From Heteronotia binoei (taxonomy: Eukaryota): 64,000 bases of DNA. The number at the start of each line of letters is the position of its first letter. Position 1 is the first letter of the stretch. Both the position numbers and the translations under genes were made by a program. Where the stretch lies: NCBI RefSeq assembly GCF_032191835.1, contig NC_083234.1, positions 57,474,001 through 57,538,000 of the forward strand, written 5' to 3'. The notes under the pieces are model-generated. The model had not been told where the DNA came from, did not search any database, and saw nothing but the letters and a program-made list of their open reading frames with translations. Shown here piece after piece: positions 1 to 10,104 of the stretch.

Positions 1-817
1 AGTTTTCAACCAACAATAGGTCTTTCAAACATCATGACTTTTAAGTATCTTTTCCTCCCCTTCATCCTTTTTAAGTGAGCATCCAAGCCTGCTGAAGATT
101 TCAGCAGGCTTTCATGGGTATTTTGGTTGATTCTAATAAAAAATACATTACTTTTTCCGTGTGTGCCAATTTATAATCTTCCAGGGCATTTCAAACTCAA
201 ATTGTGTCACCTCACCAAATACACAAAAAGTGTCATAAAGCTACAGCTAGTACAAAATGCAGTGGACTGCTGATTGGGGCTACCTATCAGGAGTATGTGA
301 CCCTGCTATTACAACAATTACACTGGCTACTGATCCACCCAAGCCCAATTCAAGGTGTCAGGTTTGTCCATTAAAGCCCTAAATGGGACTGGGGTATTTG
401 AAGGACTGTCTTCTCCATGTTCCTGCTTAGGAATTGACAACAGGACATGGCTCTTTTGACTCTCCCATCAACTAGAGAAGTTCATTTGGCAGGTACACAA
501 GAGAGGGCCAGTGGCAGCCCCATGGTTATGGAACAACCTCTCCAGGGAGGTATACCTGGCTCACTTTCAGTCTTTGTAGTAGTGGAATAAGGTTTTATTT
601 AGAACTGTATCTGATTAGTTTGATGGCAGTCTTAATCTGTGATTTAAATTCTGGGTTTTATTATTATTTTATTTACAACATAAGCCGCCTTGAGTTCCAT
701 AGGCTGTAAAGGCGGCTAAAAATCAAAGATTTCAGGTTTTCACGGCTGGTAACATCATTAGGGTGTGTAGAATCTTTCGGGCTCAAGTGCCATGTTCTAC
801 TGGAGAAAGTTTTCCTT

Positions 818-858
818 CCAGATGTTTCATTCTTGGCTGCGGAGAACATCCTCAGTGG
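818..858 (-). ncRNA. Minimal hammerhead ribozyme motif, partly degenerate mirror copy
   Basis: The minus strand reads CCA-CTGAGGA-T-GTTCTC-cgcagcc-AAGAAT-GAAAC-ATC-TGG. The core is intact, stem II has one mismatch and one G-U pair, and the triplet is AUC. Confidence 0.6.
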
Positions 859-1301
859 CGTTGCAGCCGGAGCAGGCGCTCTGACTTTCTTGGCTGCTGT
901 GCATTGAGTGAGGCCAGGGCTGCTGGAGAGCTGCTATTTCTAGGCTGGAGGGGGTGTGGTGAAAGGGCAATAGGTTTGTGGATGTGCCCATTGTTTGGTG
1001 GGGCTTCCTGGAAGGGTAGTGATAAGGAAACTGGCTGTTGAATGTAACCATTGTTCTGTGTTAATTGCTGGGAGGGTTGGAAGGGGTGTGAAGATAAGGA
1101 AGATGGTTGTTGACTGTGCTGATTGTTCTGTGGAATGTACTGGTTGTTCTGTGAATATCTGCAATTTATAGTCTGTAGGGTGTTTTGCAGAGCTGGATAC
1201 CAAGATTGGTGGATGGAAATGCCTTCTTCCTTTCTGTTAAAGTTGGCCTCACTCAATGCACAGCAGCCAAGAAAGTCAGAGCGCCTGCTCCGGCTGCAAT
1301 G

Positions 1302-1342
1302 CCACTGAGGATGTTCTCCGCAGCTGAGAACGAAACGTCTGG
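1302..1342 (+). ncRNA. Minimal type I hammerhead ribozyme motif (PLE type), intact
   Basis: CCA-CTGAGGA-T-GTTCTC-cgcagct-GAGAAC-GAAA-C-GTC-TGG: stem I CCA/TGG, CUGANGA core, perfect 6-bp stem II, GAAA, palindromic ACGU stem III and a GUC cleavage triplet. Confidence 0.75.
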
Positions 1343-3344
1343 AAGAAAAACTTTCTCCAGTAGAACACGGCACTTGAGCCTGAAAGATTCTACAAACCCT
1401 AATGCAGCTAAAAATGATTTAAATAAATAAAAACTGTTGAGCAAAATATTAAAAGTGTGGGATTCTGATTCACACCTATGGCACATCAAAGTTTTAAACG
1501 GGCAGGTCCATAGCTATCTCTGATATCTAGTGATTCATCACTTCATCCCAAAGAGCTTAGCCCTGCGGAAAGATCAGGAAACCTTTTTCCAGTGATTAAG
1601 TGACAACACAGGTTTTGCACACCAGATGGGGAAGCCCTTTGCTATTGTACCTGGAACAGCTATCCTTTTATTAACAGAGGACAAATAAGACAAACATTCC
1701 CACTATACTAGCAGCAGGAAAAGCTGGGCCTGATGCTACCATCTTCCCATTTTAAAAAGCTGCAGAGTTCAAATAGAAAATTGTCCACAGACATTTTGTT
1801 CTCGTCTTGCACGCAGTCTCTTAACAAATGAAGCAATCTGGGTTACATCCCAAAGAGATTCACAGCAGTTATTTTGAGCATCTTTATATCAGCTGGGTTC
1901 TAATATCTCATTACAAACTATTAGTCTGCCTATGGCATTTTTTCAGAAGACATCTCAAAGGGACATAGTATTCACTCCCTGTAGAGCTGCTACTTAATTC
2001 TTTAATTCAGTTTACCAACACTGGAGATCTTGCAAATCCTGGAAAAATTCTAACCAGGTTGTCTTGTCTTGCTCACTAAGGAATGCAGACCTGATCCAAA
2101 ATCATACACATCACTACCACTTCAGTGTTTTCCCAGGTGTCCTAACCACAGAGAATCCTTTCTGGCAAAGTGGGTTCTAGTCCAACACAATTTATACTAT
2201 AAAAACCTGTTTTTTAAGGAGCCACAAGACTCCTATTTATTCTTTCTACATATATTTATCTGCTGCACTGTGTTACATACACTTCAACACCCTAAACAGT
2301 CACTAATATAGCAGAGGCTTTTTTTGCTCCTGGAAATGAAGGAAACAGCAGCTTTCTCATTTACTTCCTGCTCCGCATTATTAAAAAAAAAATAGGCTCC
2401 TCTTTCAAAATTAACAACATGCAGAGCAGCATTTGCTGACCCTGACCAGCCAAGACAAGCCCACCCTAGTCATGACACTTGCTGGAGCTAGTAAAACCTG
2501 TCCTGTCTTGCCCAACTCAATTCCATGCATGATGGATATATGCATCACAACCCTACATGGGCTTGTCACTGGTGACACACCATAGGCAGCTACAGGGTGG
2601 GGCTCACCTCATACCCATATCACCATTTTGTCTTTACACACTTATCTTCCTGCCCTATCACAGCCTACTAAGTTGACACACCTGGTTTCAAGTTCACACA
2701 CACACAAGTTGTACTAAGTTGACACACCTGTTATTAGACAATCCTGGATTGTACAGGGGGCAAGAATATACCACACACACACTGCTGCAAACAGTAACCA
2801 TGACACCACGAGCAGCTTCCCAAAGGCTGCAGTGATTAAACACAGCTCAACTGTCTGAAGGTAGTCTTAGCCTAGCTTTTATAGTCTTCAAGCACCAGGT
2901 CCACCACTTTCCACAATATGAAACTCCAAAACTCAAGGTCTAGTTTTTGTTGCACATGGATGAACAGGATTAGAAAAGGACATCTTAGGAACAAGTTTCT
3001 CACTATAGTAAATATTACAGACAAGGCAGGAAAGCAAGACAGCTACGGTAGATTACCTACATTTCCAAAACAAGCTCTTTGATCACACTTTGCAAACAGC
3101 CAGTCAACTGGAGCAAGTCCTCTCTAGGCAATCAGGCATGAAAATCTCTTAAAAGTCATTACTTTTCCACCAACACCCCTGGGTGTAAACGAGTTTTGTT
3201 AAGGTACATAAAGGTAAGAAACCTACTAACTTCTCTCAATTTGCAAGGCATATACCTTGCCATTATGGGGGGGGGGGGGGGGGAGTGTAAATTTCCATTG
3301 AAATTGTCACCACTCCCCTACAACCCAGAATAATAGGACATGTG

Positions 3345-3546
3345 GTACATATGAAGCTGTCTTATACTGAATCAGACCCTTGGTTCATCAAAGTCGGTAC
3401 TGTCTACTCAGCCTGGCAGTGGCTCTCAAGCTGAGGTTGTTCACACCTATTTGCCTGGACCCTTTTTAGTTGCAGATGCCGGGGATTGAACCTGGGACCT
3501 TCTGCTTGTCAAGCAGATGCTCTACCACTAAGCCACCTCCCTCAGC
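3345..3546 (-). mobile_element. tRNA-derived SINE (Squam3-like)
   Basis: The minus strand begins with a tRNA-like head: GTGGCTTAGTGGTAGAGCATCTGC (A box) and GGTTCAATCCC (B box). Related plus-strand copies at ~10130-10325 and ~54460-54640. Confidence 0.7.
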
Positions 3547-3877
3547 ACCCTAAGATTTTTTGGGGGGCGGTGGGGGGGGGAAGATAACCAATATCCCAAC
3601 ACATAGAAAAAATTCCTAAATGCACGAGGAGGGAAGGTGCGGAAGTGAATGACTCTTCGTGAATGGGGAAAAGAATAAGACACAGATGAGAAGAGGGCAT
3701 CCAGAACACAGAGACAAAGGCAGACAAAAATACCTCCCCCCCCAAAAAAATTAAGGTGTAATCAGAAGAGGGAGAATACCTGTCTATAAAAGAAAGGGAT
3801 TTTCTAAGGGTAGGGAATGTTTACGAGTTCAGAGATGCAGGGCGCGGGTTTATCTTCCCATCTCCCCCCCACCCCAT

Positions 3878-3887
3878 AAAAGGATAT
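3878..3887 (-). other. ARPC5L: U12-type (minor spliceosome) AT-AC 5' splice site
   Basis: The intron starts ATATCCTTTT, matching the U12 consensus RTATCCTTT, exactly where homology to ARPC5/ARPC5L exon 1 ends. Confidence 0.85.
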
Positions 3888-4051
3888 TGCCGCAGCGCCG
3901 CCTCCACCTCCGGCCCGGGCCCTCCGTCAGTCTCCGAAGCTCCAGCCCCAGTGCCGGTCTCGGCCCCGTCAGGCTCCTCGACGAAGCGGTTCTCGTCAAA
4001 CTGGTCGATGTCCAGGCGGCGGAAGCGCGAGGAGAGCGAGTTCCGCGCCAT
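3888..4051 (-). CDS. ARPC5L: Arp2/3 complex subunit 5-like, coding exon 1 (rest of gene not found in window)
   Basis: MARNSLSSRFRRLDIDQFDENRFVEE...EVEAALRQ matches the ARPC5L N-terminus (human [26 protein letters not shown]...EVDGLLRQ). It lies in a CpG island and ends at CA|ATATCCTTTT, a U12 donor. Confidence 0.85.
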
Positions 4052-4640
4052 GACAGGCCGGGGCGGGAGAAGGAAACGTGAGGAGACGACAGCCCCTCAG
4101 GCACCTCTGCTGCTACTGCTACCGCCGCCTCCTCCACCTCTCCCTCTCCACGCACCGACCGGAACCGGAAATCTAAACTGTGGTCGGCAAAGAGAGAACG
4201 TGACGAGCAGGCACACCAGCCAATCCCCAAGCGGCGCTAAGTAGCGTGCGGCGGTAGGGGGGGCTCTAAAAAGGGGAGGAGCTTCGCCTCAGAAACTCTC
4301 GCTTGGGTCCCCCGTTGCTCCGCCTTAGTCTCGCCGCCTCCCACGTGGTCTCTGAGGAAGGTGCCGGGAGCAGTCCTTTTCCGTGTGGGATTCAATAAAG
4401 ATGTTTTATTTGTTTAATGGGACGTGTGTATGACTCTCTCCAGACTCATTTCCCCAAGGCGGTTTCCAATGCAATCACAAAACGCAATTCAAGAATATAA
4501 CACAGTAAGTAGCGCGAGTTCGGTCGTCCCACTGCTCCTTCACGTTTTAAGGGTTAAGCGGTGGATGGTCGTGGCTGGGCGGACGCAGAGTCCCCCTGAC
4601 AGCTAGTCTGAAGGGGCGGAACTGCGCCTCGGGAGCCGGG
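4052..4640 (-). promoter_or_regulatory. ARPC5L: CpG-island promoter / 5'UTR of ARPC5L
   Basis: CpG-rich. Contains tandem CCGGAA ETS-like sites (~4159-4170), TGACG (~4201), CCAAT (~4220) and CACGTG (~4342). Confidence 0.65.
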
Positions 4641-5984
4641 AAGGAAGGTAGGTGGGGAACTTGGGGGGTGGGGGGGGGCTTTTGAAGGGCAAAGAGCATG
4701 GGAGGGGGACTCCAAGAGGAGCACTTTCGGCCTGGCCACCCACTTTTAGGGATTCTCCTCCTGCGCCCTCCTTCCATCAGTTTTAAACGGGCTCTTCCAG
4801 CAGGAGAAGCGGCTCCTCTCCCCACCCCTCCCCTCCGTGAATACTCTTTATTTCTTTGGATGTTATTTAGACTCTCTTTCACACATTAACATTGATGCTG
4901 TTCATAAAGTGCTAAAAAAAAGCCAAAAAGATCACAGATTGCCTATTGGAACCTTCTTTTCTATTATCACCTATATGAAAAAGGTAAAAATAAGAATCTA
5001 CCTGCACACATATCAGAAACGTTTCAGGCCACAACAATGTATCCAAATCCAGGAAATATTTATTTTAATGTTTTTAGTGTAGACTAAGGCAACTTTACTT
5101 TGCGGGCTGTATTTGTAAATATATATTCAATATTTTTTAAATAAAATGCCTTTTTGCATCATGTTATTTGAATATTTGTGTCCTGGAGAGGTAAATATGT
5201 GGAATTTACTGCCCTGAGAAAAAGGACTGCTAATAGATGACTTGGAAATCTAAACACATTGGACCTTTTCAGCAAAAGCAAAAAAAAAAAAGACAATTGA
5301 ATTCTATTTTTAAACAGCACTATGGGGATACCCTACCTAATCTATGTGATTTTTTTGTAAACAACATAGCACAGCATAATCATATCCTGGTACCGGATAA
5401 TGATACCTGCAGCCTACTTAAAAAACTGATCAAGACATAATGTGGCAGAATTATAGACAGATAACACTTAGGTAGAAGAGACATTTTATACAGTATGCTT
5501 GTCACACTCCAGCACTGATATTTCTTATATACACTCACACACCAGGTGACTATACAAGGGTGGGGCATTTGTGAGATAAATGATACTGGTACTGCTGCTT
5601 CTTCAGGTTGCAGTAAATAGACACAAGATTCATTGTCTTGACCTCATTCTTTCAAAAGGATTTCAAACATAAATGACAGAATCCTATCTCATCATCTGGT
5701 ACTACACAGCAGAATGGCACTGGGGTGGAAAAGTAACCAACCAAAAATAGTGAGCATTCAAATACTTTGAAGCTATTTTTTCTATTTAAAAATTACTTGC
5801 TTTTTTGGTAATTAATAAAAGAATCTGCAATTATGGAATTTTTGGGGGGGGGGTTGGTATTGTGTGTGTGTTTGTCTGCATCTAGAGGTCATAAATGACT
5901 TCTGGTTGACCTATCCCTACTGGGGGCCTGGAGGATATTCAGAGAGGTGGCTTTATAAAGCCTGCCCCTGACTCCTGGTATTTC

Positions 5985-6080
5985 AAGGAGGTCTCCCATC
6001 CAAGTACTTGCCAGATTCGACCCTGTTTAATTTCTAAGATCTGATGAGATTGGGCTTGCTTGAGCTATCCAGGTCAGGGC
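5985..6080 (-). mobile_element. 5S rRNA-derived SINE head (SINE3 / 5S-Sauria-like)
   Basis: The minus strand reads CCCAATCTCATCAGATCTTAGAAATTAAACAGGGTCGAATCTGGCAAGTACTTGGATGGGAGACC, a degenerate 5S rRNA internal control region. Further copies with a Sauria/RTE-like tail at ~8060-8225, ~48335-48525 and ~60680-60875, all minus strand. Confidence 0.7.
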
Positions 6081-6463
6081 AAGAATCAGCAATTATGGTA
6101 TTAAGTACTTCAGGTGTTCTTTGCTGGAAATAAAAATTATAGGGAGGTCAAAACCCAGTCCTATTTTCATCAAATCCATCCCTCTGATATTTCTACAGCC
6201 CTACCACAATTGGAGAAAACTGGGCAAATCCATCCAAAGCCGCTAGGATTCTTCAAGTTGTAGCTGAACAAAGAACTGATACATTGGTGACATCAGTTTT
6301 CAGAATACAGCAGCACTCTTAAGAGACCCAGCTGTACTTAGACAAACCCTAATCACATCTTCAGCCGATGTCTGTGTACACAGGAAAGAGAATATACATT
6401 CATATTAACAATGTAGGGTTTTATTTCCAATGTTTAACATAGAGGCAGAATTCGGGATATGAC

Positions 6464-6469
6464 TTTATT
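6464..6469 (-). terminator. PPP6C: Candidate PPP6C polyadenylation signal (AATAAA)
   Basis: AATAAA on the minus strand ~685 nt after the stop codon, with a second AATAAA at 6420-6425. Confidence 0.5.
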
Positions 6470-7153
6470 AAAAATACAAGGTATCTGAAAAAAATCAGAG
6501 CAATTATTTTACTATACAAATTCAAATACCTGTAGCCAGTTTTGTATTTTTAGTTTTGAATCCTAAAAAACCCAAAGCAAACAAAACAAAAATATAGTCG
6601 GGGCAGCCTTTCAGACTACTTATTTTATACCCACTTTAAAACAAAACTAGGACAATTCACTTTTACATCTTCGACATGTGTATGCTACACTTTCAATTGC
6701 GAGTCCCATTGTGAATGCGAGTATGCCTTTGCTGCTGAAATTTCTTAAAAACTTGCAAAGAAAAAGAAAAGGAAAGAAAAACCTCCCTGAAAATAACCTC
6801 CTAAATGAAATGAAGGAGATCAGACTAGTTCTGATGCCTTGCTCTATTTTTATTATTTCAAGGAAAAGTGCAGTTTTCCCTAAAAAAAGCACACTCCCAC
6901 GAATATGCAAGAACAACCACCAGCAGGATAAGTGCTAGAGACATTTCACAAGCACTCACAGACAAGTCTTGGGAAGGGAGGTGGGGTACAAAAGGTGTGC
7001 AGAAAGGATCGAGAGACGCATTGCTACAGACACAATATACAACACATTTAGATAATTTAAAAATAAAAAAAGGCAAGATGCAACATTTCAGCAGCAAAGT
7101 GCTCGATAAAAAGTATGCCACAGAGAAAACAGTACAAGGAACTGAGTGAAGTC

Positions 7154-7402
7154 TCAAAGGAAATACGGTGTGGTTGTTCTTGGTGGGATCACACGTTCAG
7201 AGTCTGGGACTGCCCGGAAGAGCTTTGGTTCCCTCGTATTTGCATCTTTAAAGACCATGATTGAAGCAATATTTCCACAGCGATAGCAGTAGTTTGGAGC
7301 AGACCACACCGTTACCAGCTTCTCATCAAACATGAATTTATAGCCTTCATGCACCAGCTGATGGGCTCTGCAGATGAGCTTTAAGTTGTTGATGTGGACA
7401 AA
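7154..7402 (-). CDS. PPP6C: PP6 catalytic subunit exon 7 (last, with stop)
   Basis: AG|[16 protein letters not shown]...[11 protein letters not shown]...TTTPYFL*; 249 bp. Confidence 0.98.
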   Translation of the reverse strand, partial: FVHINNLKLICRAHQLVHEGYKFMFDEKLVTVWSAPNYCYRCGNIASIMVFKDANTREPKLFRAVPDSERVIPPRTTTPYFL

Positions 7403-8460
7403 CTAAAATTTAAAAGGAGTGGGAGACAAAACATTTACAATGAATACAATAAAAAAGACAACCCCTTTCATTGACAGCAGTTATCGCAATCCCCCAGAAG
7501 AGCACTGTACATATTTTAAAAACTCTCATTTGTGGGGCTCCCTTGTTCCTCACCTTCGTAAACACAGCAAGTAAAAGCAGGGGGGGAAATGGAATTCTGT
7601 TCCATAAGCATAGCTCTCTACCTAGTGTTAAGGATGCAACCTAAGGTTTAAAAATGTGGTCCCGAAAGCTAAATACCAGCTTAAGGAACATGGAGGAAAG
7701 TACATAAATACTGGATATAAAATGAAATACTGCTGTTTTTATTGCTGCACCCCAAGGCTTTAGAAGCAGTGTCACACTAACAGCAGTGTCATGGATATTA
7801 GTACATGTATCTCCAGACAAAGTTTTACATTCAGTTACAAGTACAACTAGAGCTTGCAAATTCAGCAGTACTGGGACCCCACCATCTCCTCTCCTCATTT
7901 TAACTGCTACATACAAAGCACAGAGCACCAAATGAGAAAACTGCAAGAAAAGGAAAAAAAAAAAAGAATTTCTTCCTGTAAAATACTCATTTGTCCCAGA
8001 GGCAATAACAAGCTAGAAAAATAGATTTCAACAATTCTTCTAAGAGGAGGATTTAAGAGTTGCAATTGACTCATGGCAACCCCATGAGGTTCCAATGTGT
8101 GAGGTTTTCAAGGCAAGATATGAGCAAAGGTGATTTTGCCTTCCTCTGCATAGCAGCACTTTGTGATCTCCCATTCAAGTACCAACCCTGCTTAATTTCC
8201 AAGTTCTGATAAGACTGGGATATTCTGAAACATTAGGGCTGCTCTCAAGTTGATGTGTTGTCTATGAAATGATGGTAAGAATGCTGGTAACTCCCACAAT
8301 TAAAAAAAAAACAATCAACATTCTTACCATAGTTTTATAAACAACACATCAAATATACTGTCTAGACAAGCCTCCTGACTGCTTCAATACTAAAATATTG
8401 AACACGAGAAACTGCTGCCGAGCTCACTATTTTATAAGATGGGTTTGGGACCTTTTTTAC

Positions 8461-8670
8461 CTCATTGGTAACTTTTGCTCCAAATAGCCAACCCGCTCCT
8501 CGAGGACTAATAGCCCAGGTGTCAACATCTTCTGGGTCTGACCAGACAAGGTCACAAAATGCTCCTTTGTGTGGAATCTCTTGGTTGCGCTCAATAGTTC
8601 GGATCTGATCCAATGTTTTGATGTCTGGCGACAGGCCCCCGTGTACACAAAGTATCTGCTCGTCTATTAA
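8461..8670 (-). CDS. PPP6C: PP6 catalytic subunit exon 6
   Basis: AG|[15 protein letters not shown]...GAKVTNE|GT; 210 bp. Confidence 0.98.
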
Positions 8671-8784
8671 CTTAAAGATGAAGAGAGAAATATGAGCATC
8701 ACAAGTTTGAAATTCAACAGACATACAGGAAAAAGGATTAGAGAGTCGCTCATTTTCTATTTTCAGAAGATGCATTAAAAAAAT

Positions 8785-9168
8785 GAGCTGGTGGAATGAG
8801 CTGCCGGAAGAGATCAGGGCCCTGTGAGAGCTTTCACAGTTCCGCAGGGCCTGCAAAATGGCATTCTTCCGCCAGGCATTTTTATAATGATAACATCTGC
8901 AGCGGCATGCTTGGCCCATAGAAACATCACCGATGGTCTACCTCTTTATGTTATTGCAATCCTAGAAGCTCTTAGAATGGCTAACCACCATTCAGATCAC
9001 TGTCTGAAACCTTGATACCATTATAAGTAGATATTTTTAGAAATCGTTTTAATGTTTTAATTGTTGTTTTATTTGGACACAAAATGTAACTGTGTTACCT
9101 CAAATTTGTGAGCTGCCCTGAGCCTGCCTCGCCAGGGAGGATGGGATATAAATCAAATAAATAAATAA
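8785..9168 (+). mobile_element. L2-clade LINE 3' fragment in PPP6C intron 5
   Basis: TGGAATGAGCTGCCGGAAGAGATCAGGGCCCTG...TTCCGCAGGGCCTGCAA resembles the end of the L2 copy at ~42700-42780. It finishes with GTGAGCTGCCCTGAGCCTGCC...(AAAT)n tail. Confidence 0.7.
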
Positions 9169-9178
9169 AATCCCTTAC

Positions 9179-9258
9179 CGCTGCTACTGTAAGCATGTCG
9201 AAGACTTTGGTGCAATATCTCCAGGCATTAGCATTACCATATTTTGTTTGGCATTCAT
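9179..9258 (-). CDS. PPP6C: PP6 catalytic subunit exon 5
   Basis: AG|(D)[26 protein letters not shown]|GT; 80 bp. Confidence 0.98.
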
Positions 9259-9962
9259 CTGTTAGAATGAAAGAAAGGGAGGAATGAAAAACCATGATGT
9301 ATTAGTTTCACAATCCAGCTGGACTAGTAAGGTTGTGGGTTCAGTAGATAACAAGACACACTCAGCTTCTAGAATGGATGAAAGCCTGGCCACATATGTT
9401 CACCTAACTCAGTCTATGAACACCTCCACAAGTCACTTAATGTTGATAGTCCTGTTACACTACCATATTACCACTGATCACCATTTTAATCTACGGTGTC
9501 TAAAGCAAATACAGGACAGGCTACAGACAATCTTTAGCTACTCTTACGCGCTGTTCATGGATGGGTAACCTTTGACAAAGTGACAGAATGGGTACATAAA
9601 CGTTCCAGTGCCCAGGGTCATTCAGCATAGTCATGAAAAACTAGGGATCTGAACACAACATTTTCAAGCCCAATCCAGTTTACTACCCATTAGCCAAATC
9701 TCAGTGCCTTGCACCCCACACCTAGTATTACTGTTGCTAGATTTTAACAATCCACAGCATCAGCTCTCTACCTACAGTTTCCTAAGTTACATTTTTATCT
9801 TTGTTTACACTTGTGATAAAATCATTTCCCATAATCCATGTTCTCACTGCAATTTCCAGAGAGACAAGTTTCCAAAAACTACAATTTCCAGAGAGACAAG
9901 TTTGTTCATTATGGTTGTGTGCTGACTACAATGGAGATGTTTTTAAAAAGAAAACCCCTTAC

Positions 9963-10104
9963 CATAAAACCCGTACACTTGTGTTATCTGTCTGCTTTCA
10001 TGATTTCCACGCAAGAGTGTGATACGATCAGGCCATTTTGCTTTTAGGGCAAGAAGATATGTGAACGTCTCAAGACTGTAGTAGCCTCTGTCTACAAAGT
10101 CACC
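9963..10104 (-). CDS. PPP6C: PP6 catalytic subunit exon 4
   Basis: AG|[10 protein letters not shown]...[18 protein letters not shown]|GT; carries the GDxVDRG and GNHE motifs; 142 bp. Confidence 0.98.

Larger units (their letters stand above)
735..1404 (-). mobile_element. Penelope-like retroelement (PLE) 3' fragment with inverted pseudo-LTR
   Basis: The minus strand encodes NFNRKEEGISIHQSWYPAL, resembling the C-terminal tail of PLE GIY-YIG endonucleases. 161-bp inverted arms at 756-916 and 1244-1404 each carry a hammerhead core. Inverted pLTRs are typical of PLE insertions. Confidence 0.8.

Noticed and set aside
852-1373. 173-aa ORF with repeated N- and C-terminal segments, as a novel gene
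   Set aside because: It arises from the inverted PLE arms plus a short endonuclease tail and a low-complexity spacer. It has no true ATG start and no gene context.
3184-3205. CCTTAAC...TTAC on the minus strand as the U12 branch point and AC acceptor of ARPC5L intron 1
   Set aside because: The downstream sequence in the required phase (PRGVGGKVMTF...) does not resemble ARPC5L exon 2 (GDMLRAFHAAL...) and soon reaches a stop.
3267-3283. G17 run and several other long G/C homopolymers as a functional G-quadruplex system
   Set aside because: They are scattered, have no consistent context, and are prone to slippage and sequencing error.
3821-3887. ORF extension YPFMGWGG... as part of ARPC5L
   Set aside because: It is intronic read-through past the AT-AC donor.
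8362-8919. 185-aa ORF as an alternative PPP6C isoform
   Set aside because: Only 8461-8670 is exon. The flanks are intron and antisense L2 sequence that happen to lack stops.
9850-9903. 22-bp direct repeat CAATTTCCAGAGAGACAAGTTT x2, and a 19-bp direct repeat at 2666-2730
   Set aside because: Only two units each in intronic or intergenic DNA. These are ordinary local duplications, not CRISPR-like arrays.
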